A DNA stretch of 33,537 nt, from contig JAEOTZ010000060.1 in assembly GCA_016839585.1 (NCBI GenBank), forward strand, positions 1 through 33,537, given 5' to 3'. This document shows positions 19,034 to 27,103 of this stretch, one piece after another. The translations under genes were made by a program, and so were the position numbers. Below the pieces are notes generated by a model that searched no databases, was not told the origin of the DNA, and was given only the letters and a program-made list of their open reading frames with translations. How positions within the stretch are numbered: position 1 is the stretch's first letter; every line of letters starts with the position of its first letter. The DNA is from Promethearchaeota archaeon (lineage in GTDB: Archaea; Asgardarchaeota; Lokiarchaeia; Sigyniarchaeales; SOKP01).

Positions 19034-19549
19034 GTGAAAAAAATGAGTATAGATTTCGAATTTCGAAAATTAGTAATGGATTTTCATCAAGGGTCTGATT
19101 TAATCAAATATTGTTATCAATGTAGCCGTTGTGCAGATAATTGCCCTGTTACAAAAGTATCAGCTGATTTCTATGGAACTACTGGATATAATCCAAGAAA
19201 TAATATCTTAAATGCGTTATTAGGTTATAAGGATCTGATATTTACAGAAGATGAATTGATAATTTGGGGTTGTACGGTATGTGATACATGTGATGAGGTA
19301 TGTCCACAAGACATTGAGTTAACAGAGATATTTACGTTCTTAAAGAATCAATCTATTGAGCAAGGGAAAGGACCAGAGTTTATATATTCTCAAGCAAAGG
19401 CGATATTTGATAGTGCTAAAGCAATCCCTTCACAACCTGCGATTGAGAGGAGAAGAGAACAGATGGGATTACCTGCAATTGTTATACCTGATGTCAATGA
19501 GTTGCAAACATTATTAAAAAATATTGGAGCAGCCAAAAAATTAAAATAA
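19034..19549 (+). CDS. hdrC: Heterodisulfide reductase subunit C
   Basis: CYQCSRCADNCP and CTVCDTCDEVCP 2x[4Fe-4S] motifs; AGGAG upstream; start GTG 19034 or ATG 19043; adjacent to hdrB. Confidence 0.92.
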   Translation: MKKMSIDFEFRKLVMDFHQGSDLIKYCYQCSRCADNCPVTKVSADFYGTTGYNPRNNILNALLGYKDLIFTEDELIIWGCTVCDTCDEVCPQDIELTEIFTFLKNQSIEQGKGPEFIYSQAKAIFDSAKAIPSQPAIERRREQMGLPAIVIPDVNELQTLLKNIGAAKKLK

Positions 19550-19567
19550 TTCGAGGGTAAGAAAAAA

Positions 19568-20440
19568 ATGACAGAATTTAAAATGTTTGAAGGATGTACG
19601 ATTGGTAATAGAATTCCTTTCATAGAAGCAGCATCTAGAAAAGTTTTTGAAAAGGTTGGGATTGAAACTTCCCAAGCAGCATTCTCATGCTGCCCAGATC
19701 CTACTGGAATGAAAAGTTTTGATAACAATGCGTGGTTAACCATCGGTGCTATGAATTTATGTTTAGCTGAAGCAGAGGGAAAAGATATAATCTCATTATG
19801 TAACGGTTGCACCAATACTTTACGAGGTGTACAACATCAATTAAAACACGATTCTTTGAAAAAAGAAAAAGTCAATAAAGAATTAGCCAAAATCGGTAAA
19901 GAATTTAAAGGTACAATTGATGTTAAGCACTTTGTAGATGTATTACAAGAGCACCTTGATAAAGTCAAAGGTTCCATTACAAAACCATTAAATGGTTTAA
20001 AAGTTGCTTGTCATCCTGGGTGTCATTACATGCGACCAGCAGAGTGGATGGAATCTGATGATCCTATGAGACCAGAAACGTTAAAAAAGCTTGTGGCAGC
20101 AAGTGGAGCGACTGTTGTGGATTATGATGAGTTAGTTTTATGTTGTGGTTCTGCTGTGACAAATGCATATGAAGAACATGGTCTAGCAAATCTTAAAAAT
20201 AAATTAGATAGTATAAAAAATGCAGGAGCAGATATTATCTGTGTAAATTGTCCAGCTTGCTTTCAACAATTTGATACTAGACAACGCGATTTATCTAAGA
20301 AGTATGAAAAAGAGTACGATATTCCAGTATTATATATAACTGAGCTATATGCTTTAGCTATGGGATATAGTGCTGATGAGATTGGCTTAAAATTTCATAG
20401 AACCCGCTTGAAATCCATTTTAGAAAAATATGGTTTGTAA
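19568..20440 (+). CDS. hdrB: Heterodisulfide reductase subunit B
   Basis: Two CCG domains: GC...SCCP...CNGC and HPGCH...CCGS...CPAC, plus QFD. Confidence 0.95.
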   Translation: MTEFKMFEGCTIGNRIPFIEAASRKVFEKVGIETSQAAFSCCPDPTGMKSFDNNAWLTIGAMNLCLAEAEGKDIISLCNGCTNTLRGVQHQLKHDSLKKEKVNKELAKIGKEFKGTIDVKHFVDVLQEHLDKVKGSITKPLNGLKVACHPGCHYMRPAEWMESDDPMRPETLKKLVAASGATVVDYDELVLCCGSAVTNAYEEHGLANLKNKLDSIKNAGADIICVNCPACFQQFDTRQRDLSKKYEKEYDIPVLYITELYALAMGYSADEIGLKFHRTRLKSILEKYGL

Positions 20441-20462
20441 TTTTTAAATTTATTAAATTTAC

Positions 20463-20490
20463 TTTATTTTTTTTTATTTTATTTTTCTTT
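20463..20490 (+). terminator. T-rich terminator candidate ending the vhu-hdr operon
   Basis: Consecutive T tracts including T9 (20467-20475) after the hdrB stop. Confidence 0.45.
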
Positions 20491-20795
20491 AGCGTAAAAC
20501 TTTTTTTTAGGAATAATAGTAGATTCTTTTCGCAATTTAAATAATAACTACTACTGGAAAACTATTTTCCAATTACAGAATATTTAAATGAAATCCTATT
20601 AAAAATTAACTCATTACATGAGAAATATAAACTTAATGGATTAATTAACCTCTTTATAGTATTTGTTAAATCTTTTTGATTAGAATGTAAAACGTATGTA
20701 AAGTTTAAATAATACCGAATAAAATTATAAATAGTTTTTTCATTTTTTTCAATTAAAATAAGAATATAATTAAATAATGATTAGAAGATAAAAGC

Positions 20796-21602
20796 ATGTC
20801 GTTATACAATTTAAAACGCGATCCCTCATGGTTTTTTTCTTATATTGAGAATTATTATCATTTATTTTTGGATATAAAGTTTGATAATAAAGTTGTTTCT
20901 AACGCAGTTATTAATTTTTCAATGGAACTGGGTTTACAGGGTTTTGAAGGATTGCTATTTTACATTTATAAACCACATTCTAAGAAAATAAAGTTTGATC
21001 TGATTAAACACTCAATTGATCAAACACACCATATTGAAAATTTGAACTATAATTTAAGTGAGAGTTCTATAAATTCACTAGATTTAATTATCATTCCATT
21101 TGGATACTTTAAAGATGAACATAAATTAACCTTATCTGTCCTATCTGAAAAATCAGAAGCAGGTTTTGAAATATATGCTTGGTCACCGTCAAGCCTTTAT
21201 AAACATGTGAAATCAGTGATTAGAATCGGCAATCAATATAATGAATTAATTCCTATTGCTGATTACAAGGGATATTATTTTCAAACAGATAGTGCTTTTA
21301 AAGGAAATGAAACTGGACGTCTTTTTGATCTGATAAATTTACTGGTAGAAATAGATAATAGTAAAGATGAATTTACTAATGAGCCAATAATTGAGCCAAT
21401 GGATTCAGATATAAAAGCTCTAGTTAAAAAGAGTAATGAATTCTTATTTGAACTCTGTCAAACATCTGTTCCATTAGAAATAAAAAATATAGTACGAGAA
21501 TTAGAAAGATTAAAATTTAATATAGATAGCTTATCAAAAGTAGAAATTTTTAATTGGCTTGATGATTTAATTACCTTCTATTCAGAAAAACCCGAAAAAT
21601 AG
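20796..21602 (+). CDS. Hypothetical protein
   Basis: 268-aa ORF in AT-rich DNA; no motif recognised. Confidence 0.75.
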   Translation: MSLYNLKRDPSWFFSYIENYYHLFLDIKFDNKVVSNAVINFSMELGLQGFEGLLFYIYKPHSKKIKFDLIKHSIDQTHHIENLNYNLSESSINSLDLIIIPFGYFKDEHKLTLSVLSEKSEAGFEIYAWSPSSLYKHVKSVIRIGNQYNELIPIADYKGYYFQTDSAFKGNETGRLFDLINLLVEIDNSKDEFTNEPIIEPMDSDIKALVKKSNEFLFELCQTSVPLEIKNIVRELERLKFNIDSLSKVEIFNWLDDLITFYSEKPEK

Positions 21603-21639
21603 TTATTTTCTAAATTAAAATAAAATAAAGATTATTCAT

Positions 21640-22188
21640 TCACTTTTTCTTAACTTTTTTTATAAGTAGGATAATTAGTGCTAAAACAAAGAAAATAATC
21701 GCTGCTATTAAAAATCCAAATTTAATTGTGGCACTTAGAGAAGCAATAAACGAATTAGTAGATGAAACGGATGTTGGTGTGTCTAACATTAAGAGTAAAT
21801 TGATATTCTCTATTACATCAAATAATCCTGAAATTGTGCCTAATAGGGTCATAAATATCCCAAAATTTTGCAGATTTCCATCTAATCTTCTTGAAACTAG
21901 TAGATTGAGACTAAAAGCAATAGATACATATCCAATAATGAATATAAAATCCCAATATATTGCTAAAGTTTGTTTATTTCTTCCACTAGACCCCCACGCA
22001 AACATGATTGCTTCAGCCCTTTCTGAAGACCATGCAAATTCGAAATCTAGGATTCCATAATCATTCAAGGTTGCTTCAATTGGAATAAAAACTAAAAGAT
22101 AAATTAGAATAACGATAACAACACCAATAATAGTAGTTAATATCAATAGTTTGTCCTTTGGAGTATTTTTTAATTTATTTAAGAACAC
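21640..22188 (-). CDS. 4-TM membrane protein, unknown function
   Basis: Hydrophobic helices with polar motifs (FEFAW, WDFIFIIGY, FDVIEN, KF); GTG start preceded by SD-like GAGTGA. Confidence 0.8.
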   Translation of the reverse strand: MFLNKLKNTPKDKLLILTTIIGVVIVILIYLLVFIPIEATLNDYGILDFEFAWSSERAEAIMFAWGSSGRNKQTLAIYWDFIFIIGYVSIAFSLNLLVSRRLDGNLQNFGIFMTLLGTISGLFDVIENINLLLMLDTPTSVSSTNSFIASLSATIKFGFLIAAIIFFVLALIILLIKKVKKK

Positions 22189-22356
22189 AATAAATCACTC
22201 TTTACAGATTAATAATTTCTAAACTAAATAATAAATTATTTTTGTTTTCATTATATATTAAGATTAAAATCTTCTCTTTTCAAAGTAAATCAATAATTTT
22301 ATTTTATCATAAGTATTATAATTATAATATAACTTTAAATTCATTAGAAATTAATA

Positions 22357-22599
22357 ATGTGCCTTGCTATACCTGGAAAGATTGTAGAAATAAATGACAA
22401 TTGGGCTCTAGTTGATTTTGATGGCATTAAACAAAATGTAATAATAGCATTGATCCAAAATCCAGAAGTAGGAAAGTATGTCATAGTTCATGCAGGTTAT
22501 GCAATTGAACAAATGGATGAGAAAGATGCTTTAGAAGCTATAGAGCAATGGAAAGAACTTGCTCAAGATCAGGATTTAAATCTTGAAGATATCTTATAG
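22357..22599 (+). CDS. hypC: Hydrogenase maturation chaperone HypC
   Basis: MCLAIPG N-terminus and VIVHAGYAI. Confidence 0.97.
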   Translation: MCLAIPGKIVEINDNWALVDFDGIKQNVIIALIQNPEVGKYVIVHAGYAIEQMDEKDALEAIEQWKELAQDQDLNLEDIL

Positions 22600-23397
22600 A
22601 TCAAACAAATCCTTTTTTAAATCTTTTAACTTTTTGTATAAAATTTTTATTGAGTCAATTGCTTTTGAATTTGGGTTAAATTCTAACGGGGATATGCCAT
22701 TTAAATCTGCTTTACCTATATCTGAATCGAATGGAATTGAGTGATAAAGCGGGATTTCCCATTTTTGGACTCTTTTATTAATTATATCTAATTGAGATTG
22801 ATCTAATACCTTATTAGCTACTAAAAAAATATTTATGATTCCTAATTTTTTAGACAATACTATAATTTTTGAACAAAGATCTAATGATTTTTGAGATGGC
22901 TCAGACATAACTAACATAACATCAATCCCCTTTGCAGTACCTCGTCCTAAGTGTTCTAAACCTGCTTCAAAATCGACAATAACAACCTCATCCCTTTTAA
23001 CAAACAAATTATATAATAAAGTTCTAATTAAAGCATTTTCTGGACATAGGCACCCTGTTGCAGGTTCTTCAATAGATCCGAGAACAAGTAATTCTAGGCC
23101 GTCAGGCCCATTAACTTTGAACCTATCAGGAATATCAGAAACCTTCGGATTGATATTATATACCCCTGAAACTCCTCCTGGGACTGATGTCCGTTCTTTA
23201 ATCATTTCTTTCATTTCTGAGATAGGCACTATTTTTTCTTTCACATCTTGGTTAATTCCAAGTGTATAACTTAAATTCATGGCGGAATCGTTATCAATAG
23301 CTAAAACTTTAAAGCCATCTTTAGCAAATAATCTTGCTAGAATTCCAGCAATTAAAGTTTTACCAACTCCGCCCTTTCCTGAGACAGCAATCTTCAT
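22594..23397 (-). CDS. cooC: CooC/AcsF-type nickel-insertion ATPase
   Basis: GKGGVGKT deviant Walker A, GCLCPEN CxC Ni site and DFEAGLEHLGRG. Confidence 0.92.
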   Translation of the reverse strand: MKIAVSGKGGVGKTLIAGILARLFAKDGFKVLAIDNDSAMNLSYTLGINQDVKEKIVPISEMKEMIKERTSVPGGVSGVYNINPKVSDIPDRFKVNGPDGLELLVLGSIEEPATGCLCPENALIRTLLYNLFVKRDEVVIVDFEAGLEHLGRGTAKGIDVMLVMSEPSQKSLDLCSKIIVLSKKLGIINIFLVANKVLDQSQLDIINKRVQKWEIPLYHSIPFDSDIGKADLNGISPLEFNPNSKAIDSIKILYKKLKDLKKDLFDL

Positions 23398-23560
23398 GGT
23401 ATTAGTTATTTTTTTAATGAAATTAAATGTTTAGGTTAGTTTTAATAAAATTATAGTTGTAATTATTTAAATTTAATAAGAAAATTAAATAATAATTCAT
23501 GAGATATTAAGTTCCTTAATGAAATAAACTCTAAAAATAATTTCTTCAAAAGGTTGAAAG

Positions 23561-24283
23561 ATAATTAATAGCAAATTATGTGAAAAGCATAACCTAGATT
23601 ATAACTATGTATGCCCTAAATGCGTTGAACCTTTTCTAAAAAGAACTCAATTTTTGAATTTAAATGAGATAAGGGAATATCAAAAAGTAAATGCGCTAAA
23701 AGTTAATACAAACGATATTTTAGACGAAGTGTGTATATTAGGATTTATAAAAATTAGAAATATTAAAGATAAAGCTTATTCTGGTTTAATATTATATGAT
23801 TGTAGAGAGAAAATGATAATCAAATCTTATTTTAAAACGTATAAGCCCAAAATTAGTGAATATCTTCCTTCAATTTTATTTCTAACTCAAACAGATATTT
23901 TTTTAGATTTAGTTGAAAATATTAAAGAAAAACCAGATTGCTATATTATTAATTCAAGTGGTCAAGTACATCCATTTCTTTATGGAGCTGCCTGTGATTT
24001 TGGTTTGAAAATTAGTACACCAGTTATAGGTTATACAAAAAAATTATTATTTGGAGTTTTAAAAGCACATGAAGAAACATCAAACTTTCTTGGAATTTAT
24101 TCTAATGATCAAATAATTGGTTATGCTATTCCTAAACCTAATTCGCAAAAATTGCTTTATATTTCTATCGGGAATAACATCTCTCTCCCAACAGCACTTA
24201 AAATATTCTTAGAACTTGACTTAGGTTTAATTAACAAATTAAATACAAAACTAAGCAATTACATTTTAAATAAAACAAAATAA
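23561..24283 (+). CDS. Endonuclease V-like protein with degenerate active site and N-terminal C-x2-H-x7-C-x2-C motif
   Basis: YLPSILF, GQVHPFLYGAAC, PVIGYTKKLL and LYISIGN align to EndoV motifs. The frame is open upstream of TTG 23654 to TGA 23555 and encodes LCEKHNLDYNYVCPKC. Start codon uncertain (ATA 23561, ATT 23564 or TTG 23654). Confidence 0.75.
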   Translation: MINSKLCEKHNLDYNYVCPKCVEPFLKRTQFLNLNEIREYQKVNALKVNTNDILDEVCILGFIKIRNIKDKAYSGLILYDCREKMIIKSYFKTYKPKISEYLPSILFLTQTDIFLDLVENIKEKPDCYIINSSGQVHPFLYGAACDFGLKISTPVIGYTKKLLFGVLKAHEETSNFLGIYSNDQIIGYAIPKPNSQKLLYISIGNNISLPTALKIFLELDLGLINKLNTKLSNYILNKTK

Positions 24284-24302
24284 ATGAATTTTACTGAAGA
24301 TC

Positions 24303-24566
24303 TTATGTATTTTCCTTTCTCATACACTGCATTTTCTTGGAAATTCTTATCATTTCATCAAAAATCCTATCATTTTCTTCTGAATCATTTGTTTTCAATA
24401 ATCTTTCATTAAGATCTTTTATTTTCAGTGTTAAATCAATAAATTCTTGTGGAGGTTCCATTTGATAGAAATATTCATTATCTCCTTTCTCATCTAATTC
24501 TATGTATACCCATTTTCTTTCTTCTTGAGACCAATTCCATCGATTAGGTGTGAGTTTTCTAGGCAT
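24303..24566 (-). CDS. Small hypothetical protein
   Basis: 87-aa ATG ORF filling the gap; aromatic beta-like N-half and helical C-half. Confidence 0.7.
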   Translation of the reverse strand: MPRKLTPNRWNWSQEERKWVYIELDEKGDNEYFYQMEPPQEFIDLTLKIKDLNERLLKTNDSEENDRIFDEMIRISKKMQCMRKENT

Positions 24567-24731
24567 TATTTAAAGAATTAATAAAAGGTTATTACTTAAA
24601 TTAAATTTTCATAATAATTGATTAACTCTGTTATAAATTATAATTTCTATAAGATTTTTTATAATTTTTTTATTTTCTAATATTAACAGATTAATACTTT
24701 TTAAACTAATAAAAATAGGTCCCTTAAGGTA

Positions 24732-25934
24732 TCATTCTGAAAATTCTTTTAAATTTTTTTCAGCAAGTTCTCTAACATCCACATCGGTGTCTTTTGAGAG
24801 TTTTTCTAACAAATTCTTTAATTCCTCTCCCTTTTCTTCGAATTTACCAATTGCTTTAATTAAATTATATCTAATTAACCAATCTTTATCATGAATTAAC
24901 TTAAGGAATGCATCATATACTTTTTTATCTTTTATTTCACTTAAAATTTCTATTACACTTCTTTTAATCTCATTATTTTGATTCTTTAAATCCATGATAA
25001 GGAATTCTATTACTTTATCTTTATTTTTTTCATCTAAAAGTTTGTACATATTCATGAAGAGAGAAATTTGATATGATTTAGGAAAACTAGAAGGGACTTT
25101 TAACTGCTGATAAGATTGAATAGAGATACTCGAAGATTTTTTTTCCTTTAACTCTAATAATGATTGACTTAATTTCTCATTTTCCTTTTGAAATTTTAAT
25201 AATTCATTTTTGATCTCTTCAATTTCTTTTGTACTATCAGCTATTTCTTTTTCTTTTGCCTGTAAATAATTGATCTTAGCTTTAAATTCTTCTATCTCGG
25301 CAATCAGAGTCTCGATTTCTTTATTTGCTGAATCAATTTTTTCTGATTGCACATTTTCAGTCGCTTCTTGGATTTTAGCTTTTAATGCTTCGATTTCAAC
25401 ACGTAATAATCCATTTTCTTCCATTAATTGAAAATTCAATTTTTTAGCCTCAATTAATTCTTGATTTTCAACTACTTGATGATCATAAGCTTGCTTTTTC
25501 TCAATTTGTTCTTTTAGAGATTGAATTTGAATTCTATTTTGTTCATTTTCTTCAGTTAACTGAACAATAATTTTTTTAGTATTAATTAATTCTTCATTTA
25601 CTTCAGATGGTGAATTCAGCTCTTTATAATTTTCTAAATGGTTTGTTAGTTCTTGAATTTGCTGATTTAGGGAGTTGATATCTTTATATCTTTTTACTAA
25701 ATCTTGTTTTTGAGTCGCGATAGTGTCTTTTAACTCTTTAATATTCTCAGGTGTTTTTTCTTGAAATTCAAAAAGTTTATCTTTTTGATCTTCAATTAAT
25801 AATTTTTGTTCTTTTATTGTAAAATTTAACTTATTAATTTCTTCCTTTAAACCATCAATTGTTTGCTCGAATTCTGCTCGAACTTTGTTTCCTTCTTCAA
25901 CAGTATCAATTAAATTCTTTATATCTTTAGTCAT
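24732..25934 (-). CDS. Long coiled-coil protein with C-terminal HEAT repeats
   Basis: About 265 aa of E/K/Q/L/I heptads with an internal repeat; C-terminal DLKNQNNEIKR, LIHDKDWLIRY and LSKDTDVDVRE HEAT motifs. Confidence 0.85.
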   Translation of the reverse strand: MTKDIKNLIDTVEEGNKVRAEFEQTIDGLKEEINKLNFTIKEQKLLIEDQKDKLFEFQEKTPENIKELKDTIATQKQDLVKRYKDINSLNQQIQELTNHLENYKELNSPSEVNEELINTKKIIVQLTEENEQNRIQIQSLKEQIEKKQAYDHQVVENQELIEAKKLNFQLMEENGLLRVEIEALKAKIQEATENVQSEKIDSANKEIETLIAEIEEFKAKINYLQAKEKEIADSTKEIEEIKNELLKFQKENEKLSQSLLELKEKKSSSISIQSYQQLKVPSSFPKSYQISLFMNMYKLLDEKNKDKVIEFLIMDLKNQNNEIKRSVIEILSEIKDKKVYDAFLKLIHDKDWLIRYNLIKAIGKFEEKGEELKNLLEKLSKDTDVDVRELAEKNLKEFSE

Positions 25935-26232
25935 AGTTTTGACAGCAATTATAAATAATTAATAATAGTTTTATATCAATTTATATATAATGAATTGAAT
26001 TCTAATAACTCTTTACATAATTCAATAAATAAACTTTGAATATTTATTTCTTAATTCCTCTTTTTTATATTAATTTCATTAAGAATATTAATTATATTAA
26101 TTTCCTTAAGAGATAATTCAATTTTCCAAAAGTGTCTTTTTTTGAACTACTCATATAGAAATCTTTAAAATAGATATTAAAATATATTTCAATTGATATA
26201 ATTAGATGTAAAAAACGGGAGGATTTTATATA

Positions 26233-26382
26233 ATGACATATGAGGATTATGAAGGAGTAAATAAAGATAAAGAATATGAAGATGATGATGATGAGGACTA
26301 CGATGATGAATTTAATGATGGTGATTGGGATTATGATGATGACGATGATTTGGAAGACGATGATGACGAGGAGGATTGGTGA
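26233..26382 (+). CDS. 49-aa ultra-acidic peptide MTYEDYEGVNKDKEYEDDDDEDYDDEFNDGDWDYDDDDDLEDDDDEEDW
   Basis: ATG preceded by GGGAGGA (26217-23); synonymous GAT/GAC/GAA/GAG variation in a single frame; G-rich island in AT-rich intergenic DNA. Absent from the ORF track. Confidence 0.8.
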   Translation: MTYEDYEGVNKDKEYEDDDDEDYDDEFNDGDWDYDDDDDLEDDDDEEDW

Positions 26383-26481
26383 ATCTAATATATATAATAC
26401 TTATAGTTTTTCAAAATAGAGTATAAGAACATTCCAGGTTAAAAAATAAAAAAATAATTAGAATCTTTTTACTCCATTATG

Positions 26482-26958
26482 TTATACAATCCTAATTTCG
26501 ATAATTTTATCTCCTTGTTGAATTGAATTTACAACTGCTTGATCCTTAGAACTTTTTGCTTCTCCAAATATCGTATGCTTATTATTAAGATGTGGTGTTG
26601 GAACATGTGTAATAAAGAATTGAGAGCCATTGGTATTTGGTCCAGCATTAGCCATTGCCAAAATCCCTGGTTTATCAAATTTTCTCCCACTCTGAAACTC
26701 ATCTCTAAAAGGATATGAAATACTTTGACCTTTGAATGGAAAGAATGTAATTCCTTTATCTTTTGGACCACCAAAACCTTTTCCCAGGGGATCACCCCCT
26801 TGAATCATGAAATCAGCAATAACTCTATGAAAAATTATTCCATTATAGAAGCCCTGTTGTGCTAGATATAAAAAGCTGGCTACTGTTATAGGAGCTCCAT
26901 CATCGAAAAGTCTTAGATTAATATTACCTTTATTTGTAATAATAATGATTTCAGTCAA
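26482..26958 (-). CDS. Cyclophilin-type peptidyl-prolyl cis-trans isomerase
   Basis: FHRVIADFMIQGGDP, LAMANAGPNTNGSQFFIT and HTIFG; start moved to TTG 26958 after a GGTGA SD (track start 27009). Confidence 0.95.
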   Translation of the reverse strand: MTEIIIITNKGNINLRLFDDGAPITVASFLYLAQQGFYNGIIFHRVIADFMIQGGDPLGKGFGGPKDKGITFFPFKGQSISYPFRDEFQSGRKFDKPGILAMANAGPNTNGSQFFITHVPTPHLNNKHTIFGEAKSSKDQAVVNSIQQGDKIIEIRIV

Positions 26959-27103
26959 TGATTTTTCACCTATTTTTGTAATAATATACTCTATGAAAAG
27001 TTCTAACATTTTTTAACCTTTTTACTCAATGAAAAGATTAAAAATTATTGTAATAATACACTTTTATAACACTTAAAATTTTAAATTACTGCACATAAAA
27101 AAA

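Noticed and set aside
22314-22329. 16-bp palindrome TATTATAATTATAATA upstream of hypC as an operator (e.g. NikR)
   Set aside because: A/T-only in a very AT-rich spacer and not repeated upstream of the other Ni genes; chance or a TATA element is likely
26092-26154. 20-codon minus-strand ORF MSSSKKDTFGKLNYLLRKLI
   Set aside because: Too short, no SD or motif; expected by chance
26281-26370. (GAT)n-like tract as a microsatellite or CRISPR-like repeat
   Set aside because: Variation is confined to synonymous or acidic codons in one frame with an SD and ATG; better explained as a coding sequence; no repeat-spacer structure
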